From Candidatus Latescibacterota bacterium (lineage in GTDB: Bacteria > Latescibacterota > UBA2968 > UBA8231): 64,000 nucleotides of DNA. Both the position numbers and the translations under genes were made by a program. Below the pieces are notes generated by a model that saw nothing but the letters and a program-made list of their open reading frames with translations, did no database searches and was not told where the DNA came from. Shown here in pieces: positions 49,438-64,000 of this stretch. Within the stretch, counting starts at the first letter, position 1. Every line of letters begins with the position of its first letter. Location of the stretch: NCBI GenBank assembly GCA_964291625.2, contig OZ220089.1, positions 2,144,001 through 2,208,000 of the forward strand, in the 5' to 3' direction.

Positions 49438-50919
49438 CTATACCCCCGGCAGGGGCGCCGTGTCCCCGACCTGCTGCTGCCACAGCCGCAGGCGCGCCGC
49501 CATCCAGCGCACGCGGTCGCGGTGCTCGGGCCGGCCGAAGAGGTTGGTGGTCTCCGCCGGGTCCGCGTTCAGGTCGAACAGCTCGCCCTGATCGGCGGCG
49601 CACAAGGTCAGCTTCCAGCGGTCGGCGGTGACCACGCTGCGCCACGGCGCGGTCTTGAGCAGGTTGAGCTGGCGCACGCGCTCCGGCGGCATGGTGTGCG
49701 ACTCGGCCGCCGAAGTCAGGTCGCGGTCGCCGACGCCGTTGTGCTGGATGAACACGTCCTCACCGCTCAGATCGGCTTCACCGCGGATCACCGCGGCCCG
49801 GCTGGCACCGGGCAGGCCCTCGGGCACGTCCTGACCGAGCAGGTCGAGCAGGGTGGGCACGAAGTCGATCTGGCTGAAGTTGCCGCCGATGCGGCGCTGG
49901 CCCTCGTGCAGCCACGGGGCGCGCACCAGCAGCGGCACCCGCGCCGACTCCTCGTACGGAGAGCGCATCTCCACGTGGCCGTGGGTGCCGACCATCTCGC
50001 CGTGGTCGCTGGTGAACACGACGATCGTCTCGTCCCGCAGCCCGGCCCCGTCGATGGCGTCGAGGATGCGGCCCACCATGCCGTCCACCAGCGACACGCA
50101 GCCGTAGTAGTTGGCGCGCATCCGCCGACACCCCGAATCCGTACTCAGGTCGAAGCCCCCGTCGTGTACGGCCTGCATCCAGAACTCGGCCCGGATGCGG
50201 TTGAACAGCGAGTGACCCTCCGGGTAGACGCGGAAGGTCTCGTCCACGGGCAGGCTCTCGGGGTCGTAGAGGCCGTCCCATGGGCTGGTGAAGGGCGGGT
50301 GCGGCTCCTTGGAGCTGACGTAGAGGACGAAGGGCCGTCCGGCGTTGCGCTCGATGAACCCGGCCGCCTGCCGGCCCAGCCAGGTGGCCATCTGGTACTC
50401 CAGGGGCAGGCCGGCGCGGAAGTCGTCGGAGAACATGGCCCCCGCCGGATGCGGGGCGTCCGGCTCGAAGCCGTGCTCGACGAGCCAGTGGTGGTAGGGC
50501 GAGAGCTGCTTCTTCAGCGCCTCGGTGGTGTACTCCGGCCACCAGTGGTCGAAGCATCCGATCCACTCGTCGAAGCCGTGCTGCGCCTGGATCTCGTCGC
50601 CCAGGTGCCACTTGCCGATGTAGCCGCTGTGGTAGCCGCCGGGGAGCATCTCGGCGATGGTCGGCACGCGGCCGGGCAGGATGCGGCGGTTCACGGGCAT
50701 GCCGGCGTCCACCGGGTAGCGCCCGCACAGGATGGAGGCCCGGGACGGGCAGCAGACCGCCTGGGTGACGTAGCAGTTGTCGAAGACCAGGCTCTCCCCG
50801 GCCAGCCGGTTCAGGCGCGGCACCTGGATCCAGTCGTTGCCGTAGCAGGCGAGGGTGTCGCGGCGCTGCCGGTCGGGGAGCACGAAGACGAGGTTGGGGC
50901 GTTCGGGCGGTGACGGCAT
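49438..50919 (-). CDS. Sulfatase (formylglycine-dependent, S1)
   Basis: PNLVFVLPD, CCPSRAS, GKWHL, FTSDHG, YEESARVP, ELFDL..DP.E..N. Confidence 0.93.
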   Translation of the reverse strand: MPSPPERPNLVFVLPDRQRRDTLACYGNDWIQVPRLNRLAGESLVFDNCYVTQAVCCPSRASILCGRYPVDAGMPVNRRILPGRVPTIAEMLPGGYHSGYIGKWHLGDEIQAQHGFDEWIGCFDHWWPEYTTEALKKQLSPYHHWLVEHGFEPDAPHPAGAMFSDDFRAGLPLEYQMATWLGRQAAGFIERNAGRPFVLYVSSKEPHPPFTSPWDGLYDPESLPVDETFRVYPEGHSLFNRIRAEFWMQAVHDGGFDLSTDSGCRRMRANYYGCVSLVDGMVGRILDAIDGAGLRDETIVVFTSDHGEMVGTHGHVEMRSPYEESARVPLLVRAPWLHEGQRRIGGNFSQIDFVPTLLDLLGQDVPEGLPGASRAAVIRGEADLSGEDVFIQHNGVGDRDLTSAAESHTMPPERVRQLNLLKTAPWRSVVTADRWKLTLCAADQGELFDLNADPAETTNLFGRPEHRDRVRWMAARLRLWQQQVGDTAPLPGV

Positions 50920-50971
50920 GTGATTCGGGCAGCGGCTCTCGGCTCTCTTGGGCTCCGGTCTGCGTGCGGGG

Positions 50972-51106
50972 GCCCGGGCCGACCGGCGGACCCACGAGAT
51001 CGGTGTGCGCAAGCCCCTCGGCGCCCACTGGGGACAGCCGATCGGCCGGCTTCTCTGCCACCGGGGTGCTGAGCGCCGGGGCCACCCCTCCGGCGCCGCG
51101 GCACAA
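50972..51106 (+). repeat. Degenerate non-coding copy of an ABC-permease segment (matches about 53291-53430)
   Basis: First 32 nt identical to 53291-53322, then divergent with indels; RARADRRTHEIGVRK.LGA is still readable. Confidence 0.85.
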
Positions 51107-51128
51107 GCTCCCCGAGGGGATCCCCCCC

Positions 51129-51890
51129 TCAGCGGTACTGGTCCAGGTCCCCCCGGTACTCCAGGCCCAGCACCTCCATGCCGTGGCGGCGGTTGCAGAA
51201 GGCGTCGGCCTCCTCGGCGCCGGCCATGTTCAGCACCTCGAGCTCCAGCCCCTCCCGCTCGACGGCGAGACGGCAGGCCTCGGCCAGGTCGTGGCGGCAG
51301 ACCCAGCCGGTGCTCCAGCGGCCGCGGAGGTCGTAGCGCGACTTCCCGATGCCCAGGCGGCTGTCGACGATGTAGCACGGCCGCAGCACGACGATGGACA
51401 TGCCGAAGGCCTCGTGCATCTGCCGGCACATCTCCTCCTGCAGCCGCTTGTGGACGGCGTAGAGGCTGCCGTCGGGCCGGCGCACCTCGCTGTCGAAGAA
51501 CACGCCCTTCGGGTGCTCCACGTGGCAGGAGCCGATGTGGACGATGCGGCCCACCCCCAGCAGGTGTGACGCCTCCAGGACGTTGTAGAGGCCCTTCAGG
51601 TTGACCAGGTAGGACTGGTCGTTGGCGGGCCCGTAGCCGCCGTCGCCGCTGCGGGCGCTGTACACCGCCGCGTGCACCACGGCGTCCGAGCCCTCGACGG
51701 CGGCGTGGACGGCCTCGTAGTCGCAGATGTCGGCGTGGACCGTCTCGCCCTCCCAGTCGCCGTCGACGTCGCGCAGGTTGTCCCAGGCGCCCGGACCGTA
51801 GTCGACGGCGCGCACCTCGTGGCGGCCCTTCAGGTTGGCCAGGATGGCGCGGCCGGCCCAGCCGGCGGCGCCGAAGACGGTGACCTTCAT
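51129..51890 (-). CDS. NAD-dependent epimerase/dehydratase (uronate dehydrogenase-like SDR)
   Basis: VTVFGAAGWAG, DAVVHAA, VHIGS, YAVHK; GGAGGAG RBS. Confidence 0.88.
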   Translation of the reverse strand: MKVTVFGAAGWAGRAILANLKGRHEVRAVDYGPGAWDNLRDVDGDWEGETVHADICDYEAVHAAVEGSDAVVHAAVYSARSGDGGYGPANDQSYLVNLKGLYNVLEASHLLGVGRIVHIGSCHVEHPKGVFFDSEVRRPDGSLYAVHKRLQEEMCRQMHEAFGMSIVVLRPCYIVDSRLGIGKSRYDLRGRWSTGWVCRHDLAEACRLAVEREGLELEVLNMAGAEEADAFCNRRHGMEVLGLEYRGDLDQYR

Positions 51891-52093
51891 CGCTCCTCCT
51901 CCTCCTCCATCCACTGCCGGAACTGCTTCCACGTGCCGCCCAGGGGGTGGCGGGAATGGACGCCGTGGACCTGGTGGTGCTCGGCCTCGGACCGGGCGAG
52001 GACGTCGTCGAAGCTCCGGCCCCACGCCCGGCGCAGGAACATGACGACGAGCAGGACGAGAGTGGCGTAGAGGACGACCCCGAACTCGAGCAT
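51887..52093 (-). CDS. Small single-TM hypothetical protein (68 aa)
   Basis: N-terminal hydrophobic helix, His-rich then acidic tail; ATGA overlap with the epimerase. Confidence 0.55.
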   Translation of the reverse strand: MLEFGVVLYATLVLLVVMFLRRAWGRSFDDVLARSEAEHHQVHGVHSRHPLGGTWKQFRQWMEEEEER

Positions 52094-52190
52094 GGGGACC
52101 AAAGCTGCGGCTGCGCCCGCCGGCTGGCAACCGGTGCCCGCGCCGGCCGGCCTCCCGCCATCCAGGCGGAGGGTTGCGGCCGGCTCAAAC

Positions 52191-52206
52191 TGTCCGCGCG
52201 TGGACA
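52191..52206. promoter_or_regulatory. Palindromic putative enhancer (bEBP binding site)
   Basis: TGTCC-N6-GGACA about 90-100 bp upstream of the sigma54 box. Confidence 0.55.
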
Positions 52207-52293
52207 CTTCTGTATCGCCAGCGGCCATCCAGTCCGGCGGCCGATTTCGCTCAAAGCAGCACAAATGACTGTCGGAGAAAGAGTAACGCACCG

Positions 52294-52309
52294 TGGCGCG
52301 GTTGTTGCT
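52294..52309 (+). promoter_or_regulatory. Sigma54 (-24/-12) promoter for the permease array
   Basis: TGGCGCGGTTGTTGCT versus consensus TGGCACGNNNNTTGCW; exact GG-N10-GC spacing; 72 bp before the ATG. Confidence 0.75.
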
Positions 52310-52381
52310 AAAGGTGGGGTGAGGGCCATCCGCCGATCGGCCGGCCCCGAACGGAAACCAGGAAGAGGAAAGGGAAGGATC

Positions 52382-54739
52382 ATGCTGGCTCACTACCTGA
52401 CCACGGCCCTGCGACTCCTGTGGAGGGAGCGCGGCTACGCGGCGATCAACGTCTTCGGCCTCGCCATCGGCTTCTCCCTGTGCCTGCTGATCATCCAGTT
52501 CACCTCCCACCAGCTCGCCGTGGGAACCTACCACGAGAACGGGGACCGCATCTACCGGGTCCTGGGACCCGGGTGGCGCGGCTCAGCCTTCGGCACGAGT
52601 CTGCCGATCCACATGGGACCCGCCCTCGAGGACCAGCTGCCCCAGGTGGAGGAAGCGGTCCGCTTCCGAGGCAAGTGGCCGACGCAGCTCCGGCTCGCCG
52701 GCAAGGAGTCGCTCTCCGACTGGGTGCTGATGGCGGAGGACGGCGTCCTCCAGGTCTTCGGCTTCCCCCTGCTGCGGGGCGACCCGCAGACGGCCCTGGC
52801 GCGCCCCTACACCATGGTCCTCACCGAGCCCCTGGCCCGCCGCCTCTTCGGCGACGACGACCCCATGGGACAGGTGCTCCGCGTCGGCGAGGAGTACGAC
52901 TGCGAGGTCACCGGCATCGTCGCCGAGCCGCCCCCCAACTCGCTCCTCGAGTTCTCGGCGATCCTCTCCTTCGCCACCATGTACGAGGAGAACCGGGGCA
53001 TGATGGAGTCCCGGAGCGCCAAGGCCTTCATCACCTACGTGCAGCTGAGCCCCGGCGCCGACCTCGCCTCCATCGAAGCGAGACTGCCCGCCATGGCCGA
53101 GGAGCTCACCGGCCTGCCGGAGGAGGAGGGCGCCACCTACAAACTCCAGCCGGTGAAAGAAATCCGCTTCGACTCCGAGGTGTCCAACAGCCTCGGCCCC
53201 AGTGGCAACCCCCTCTACCTGGCGGTCTGCGCCGCCCTGGCGGCCGTGATCCTGGCCATCGCCAGCGTCAACTACGTGAACCTGGCCACCGCCCGGGCCG
53301 ACCGGCGGACCCACGAGATCGGCGTGCGCAAGTCCCTCGGCGCCCAGCGCGGACAGCTCATCCGCCAGCTCCTGTGCGAGTCGGTGGTGCTCAGCGCCGG
53401 GGCGACGCTCCTGGGCGCCGCGGCGACGCAGATCCTGGTCCGCCTCCCCGCCCTGATCACGGGAATGCCCATCGATCTGCCCTTCATGCGCTGGACGATC
53501 CCCGCCGCGGCGGGGGCCGCGGCCCTGGCCCTCGGAATCGGACTGGCGGCCGGCGCCTACCCGGCCTGGCTCGTGGCGCGCTTCCAGCCGGCGGCCGTGG
53601 TCCGCCGCCGCTCGGGCGGCGCCCGTCTGCGCCAGGTCCTGGTGGTGGGGCAGTTCACGGTCACCGCGGCGCTGATGACGATGACCCTCCTCATTTGGAG
53701 CCAGGTCGGTTACGTCCAGGACCTGCTCCGCCGCGAGTCCGCCCTCGGGTTCGAGCCGGAACAGGTGACGGTCGTCCGCAACCAGATGCTGACGCTGGAA
53801 CAGGCCCGGGTCCTCAAGTCCGAGCTGCTCCAGGACAGCCGGATCGCCCTGGTCAGCCTCTCCGAGACGTTGCCCGGCAACCTCAGCAGGACGTGGTACG
53901 GGGTGAAGGGGGAGGACGCGGGGGAGGTGGAGGTGAGGACCTACGGGGTGGACGGCGACTTCTTCGAGATGCTGGGCCTGCGCATGAGCCGGGGCCGAGC
54001 CCTCACCGATGATCCCTCCGACGACCGGGCGGCGGTGATCAACGAGACCGCCGTGCGCAGGATGGGGTGGGAGGATCCCCTGGGCAAGGCGATCACCGGC
54101 TACATGGGCCGGGACCTGCGCGTCGTGGGCGTCGTCGAGGACTTCCACTTCGACGGCCCCCACAAGAAGGTGGAGCCCCTGCTCATGGCTCCCGTCACCA
54201 ACGTCGGCCCCATCTCCGTGCGCGCCCGGCCCGGACACCTCGACGAGGTCAACGAGCTGATCGACGCGAAGTGGGCGGCCCTCTCCCCCCACCGGCCCAT
54301 CGAGCGCATGCCCCTGGAGGAGGTCTTCGCCGGCCTCTACATGGAGGAGCTGATGATGGGCAAGGCCCTGACGGTCTTCCTCTCCTTCGCCATCGCCGTG
54401 GCCCTGGTGGGGCTCTTCGGCATGGCCGCCCACGCCGCCCAGAAGCGCATCCGCGAGATCGGCGTGCGCAAGGTCTTCGGCGCCTCCGTCACCGGCCTCA
54501 CCGCCATGATGCTGCGCGACTTCGCCAAGCCCGTCGGCCTCGCCTTCGTCCTCAGCGTCCCCATCTCCTGGTGGCTCGGCGGCCTGTGGCTGCAGAACTA
54601 CACCTACCACGTGGAGGTCGGCGTCGGCCTGTACCTGACCTCGGGCGCCCTCTCCTTCCTGGTCGCCGGCCTGACCGTGGGACGCCAGGCGATCCGGGCT
54701 TCCATGACCAACCCGGTGGAAACGCTGCGCACCGAGTAG
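52382..54739 (+). CDS. MacB/FtsX-type duplicated ABC permease, copy 1
   Basis: NYVNLATAR..HEIGVRKSLGA, LVVGQF, VINET, REIGVRKVFGAS, NPVETLRTE. Confidence 0.93.
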   Translation: MLAHYLTTALRLLWRERGYAAINVFGLAIGFSLCLLIIQFTSHQLAVGTYHENGDRIYRVLGPGWRGSAFGTSLPIHMGPALEDQLPQVEEAVRFRGKWPTQLRLAGKESLSDWVLMAEDGVLQVFGFPLLRGDPQTALARPYTMVLTEPLARRLFGDDDPMGQVLRVGEEYDCEVTGIVAEPPPNSLLEFSAILSFATMYEENRGMMESRSAKAFITYVQLSPGADLASIEARLPAMAEELTGLPEEEGATYKLQPVKEIRFDSEVSNSLGPSGNPLYLAVCAALAAVILAIASVNYVNLATARADRRTHEIGVRKSLGAQRGQLIRQLLCESVVLSAGATLLGAAATQILVRLPALITGMPIDLPFMRWTIPAAAGAAALALGIGLAAGAYPAWLVARFQPAAVVRRRSGGARLRQVLVVGQFTVTAALMTMTLLIWSQVGYVQDLLRRESALGFEPEQVTVVRNQMLTLEQARVLKSELLQDSRIALVSLSETLPGNLSRTWYGVKGEDAGEVEVRTYGVDGDFFEMLGLRMSRGRALTDDPSDDRAAVINETAVRRMGWEDPLGKAITGYMGRDLRVVGVVEDFHFDGPHKKVEPLLMAPVTNVGPISVRARPGHLDEVNELIDAKWAALSPHRPIERMPLEEVFAGLYMEELMMGKALTVFLSFAIAVALVGLFGMAAHAAQKRIREIGVRKVFGASVTGLTAMMLRDFAKPVGLAFVLSVPISWWLGGLWLQNYTYHVEVGVGLYLTSGALSFLVAGLTVGRQAIRASMTNPVETLRTE

Positions 54740-54767
54740 ACGCAGATCCCGCCACGAAAGGACAAGC

Positions 54768-57368
<2,601 letters not shown>

Positions 57369-57398
57369 ACGAGCGGATCCCGCCACGAAAGGACACGC

Positions 57399-60056
<2,658 letters not shown>

Positions 60057-60086
60057 ACGGGCGGATCCCGCCCCGAAAGGACGAGC

Positions 60087-62429
<2,343 letters not shown>

Positions 62430-62463
62430 CCTGGAACCAGATCATGCCAAGGAAGGGACCTGC

Positions 62464-64000
62464 ATGCTAGCCAACTATCTGACCACCGCCCTCCGCCACC
62501 TGTGGCGAGAGCGCGGCTACGCGGCGATCAACCTCTTCGGGCTGGCCCTTGGTTTGGCCCTGTGCCTGCTGGTCATCCAGTTGGCCGATTACCAGCTCTC
62601 CATGGGCGACTTCCACGAGAAGAAGGACCGGGTCTTCCGCATACTGAAGAAAAGAGAAGATCCGGGGCCCCTGGGTCACCGGATCTCTTCAAGTATGCCG
62701 CTACCTCTTGGGCCCACCCTCAAGGAGCAAGTGCCCGAAGTCGAGGAAACAGTCCGAATCACCGGGGGGCGGCCGCGTCTGCTCAGAGTCGGAGACAGGA
62801 GTGGGATCAATGTGGAGGCTATCTGGGCAGAATCCAGTGTCTTCGAAGTGTTCAGCTTGCCCCTCCTGCGCGGGGACCCCAAGACAGCTCTGTCGCGCCC
62901 TTACACCATGGTGCTGAGCGAACCACTCGCCCGTCGGCTCTTTGGAGAGAGCGACCCCATTGGCCAGATCGTCCGCTATGGCGAAGCCTTCGACTGCGAG
63001 GTCACCGGCATCGGCCAGGCGCCCTCCAACTCATTGCTCCAGTTCTCGGCACTGCTCTCCCTGGCCACTGTGCAGCACACGGAGAGGGAAGAGGATTTGG
63101 GCTGGCGAAGCTGGGCCTACCCGACCTTCGTGCAGCTGAACACCAATGCAGATGCCGCTACTGTCGCCGAGCGCATTTCAGGCATCGTTCAGGAAGCCTG
63201 GGGGTTGGCCGAAGCAACCGACTCCTACGCGCTGCAACCCTTGAAATCGATCTACTTCGACACGGAGTCTCCCAACGGCATCGGCCCGAGTGGCAACCCC
63301 ATGCACCTCGCTTTGTTCGCCACACTGGCCATGGTGCTCTTGATGATCGCCGGGTTCAACTACGTGAACCTGGCGACGGCGCGTGCCCAGGGACGGATAC
63401 ACGAAATCGGAGTCCGCAAGGCTCTCGGCGCCCATCGCGGCCAGATCATTCGCCAACTCCTGAGCGAGTCGGTACTGATGAGCGTCGGAGCCACGTTCCT
63501 TGGCGTTGCCATGGCAGAAGTCGTGACCCCGTTCCTGCCGGCGTTTGGAGGAATCGACTTTGAGTGGTCACTCCGCTGGACGGTTTCTACCTGCGCCGGG
63601 ACTGCGGCACTGGCGGTAGCGGTCGGACTGGCGGCGGGCGCCTACCCGGCATGGGTCGTGGCCCGCTTTCAGCCGGCGGTCCTGGAGCGCGGGGGACGCA
63701 TCGGAGGCGCGCGCCTGCGTCGCGGTCTGGTCGTGGCGCAGTTCACCGTTACTGCGACGTTGATGACGATGACCCTGCTGATATGGCACCAAGTCAGTTT
63801 CATCCAGAGCATGCTCCGCGAGAACTCCGTCCTGGGGTTGGACCCGGAGCAAGTTGTCATCGTCAAGAACCCCGGGAACGGCGGCCTGACCGCAGACCAA
63901 GCCCGGACTCTCAAAGCTGAATTGCTTCAAGACAGCCGTATCGCCGCCGTGAGTCTCTCCAAGGCAGTACCTGGTCACGCCTGGGTTGTGAAGAGTTGGG
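62464..64000 (+). CDS. MacB/FtsX-type duplicated ABC permease, copy 5 (runs off the window)
   Basis: ATG at 62464 (MLANYLTTALRHLWRERG); frame checked at several points up to the window end, including NYVNLATAR..HEIGVRKALGA; absent from the ORF track, presumably because it has no stop in the window. Confidence 0.9.
   Translation, partial: MLANYLTTALRHLWRERGYAAINLFGLALGLALCLLVIQLADYQLSMGDFHEKKDRVFRILKKREDPGPLGHRISSSMPLPLGPTLKEQVPEVEETVRITGGRPRLLRVGDRSGINVEAIWAESSVFEVFSLPLLRGDPKTALSRPYTMVLSEPLARRLFGESDPIGQIVRYGEAFDCEVTGIGQAPSNSLLQFSALLSLATVQHTEREEDLGWRSWAYPTFVQLNTNADAATVAERISGIVQEAWGLAEATDSYALQPLKSIYFDTESPNGIGPSGNPMHLALFATLAMVLLMIAGFNYVNLATARAQGRIHEIGVRKALGAHRGQIIRQLLSESVLMSVGATFLGVAMAEVVTPFLPAFGGIDFEWSLRWTVSTCAGTAALAVAVGLAAGAYPAWVVARFQPAVLERGGRIGGARLRRGLVVAQFTVTATLMTMTLLIWHQVSFIQSMLRENSVLGLDPEQVVIVKNPGNGGLTADQARTLKAELLQDSRIAAVSLSKAVPGHAWVVKSW

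Overview
GC-rich bacterial window, most consistent with an FCB-group marine-sponge symbiont such as Latescibacterota or Gemmatimonadota. This is inferred from a complete sup polyketide cluster, a FlgD-Ig/C-terminal sorting-domain remnant, a PhyH dioxygenase and a sulfatase. 1-27.5 kb: a minus-strand nitrogen/nucleobase uptake and signalling island. It carries an RsbW-like kinase, STAS protein, Amt, CP-ATP-grasp/alpha-E/transglutaminase, two orphan solute-binding proteins, an NCS2 permease fused to a degenerate RsbW-like domain, a REC-PP2C phosphatase, a TorS-like kinase and a Tsx-like channel. A plus-strand supA-D PKS operon splits this island. 28-52 kb: TonB receptor, NYN-CSD protein, GH4, Smr, PhyH-HEAT, ALDH, two tandem uncharacterised oxidoreductase-like genes, a TA locus with an internally deleted toxin, MBL-cupin, a transketolase-like gene, cyclophilin, DMT, an EndoQ-UvrD fusion, sulfatase and an epimerase. 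52.4-64 kb: a putative sigma54 promoter followed by at least five tandem MacB/FtsX-type ABC permeases with near-identical membrane segments and mosaic, hypervariable periplasmic domains. No rRNA, tRNA, CRISPR, transposase or reverse transcriptase was seen. All calls are from motif reading only; no database searches were run.
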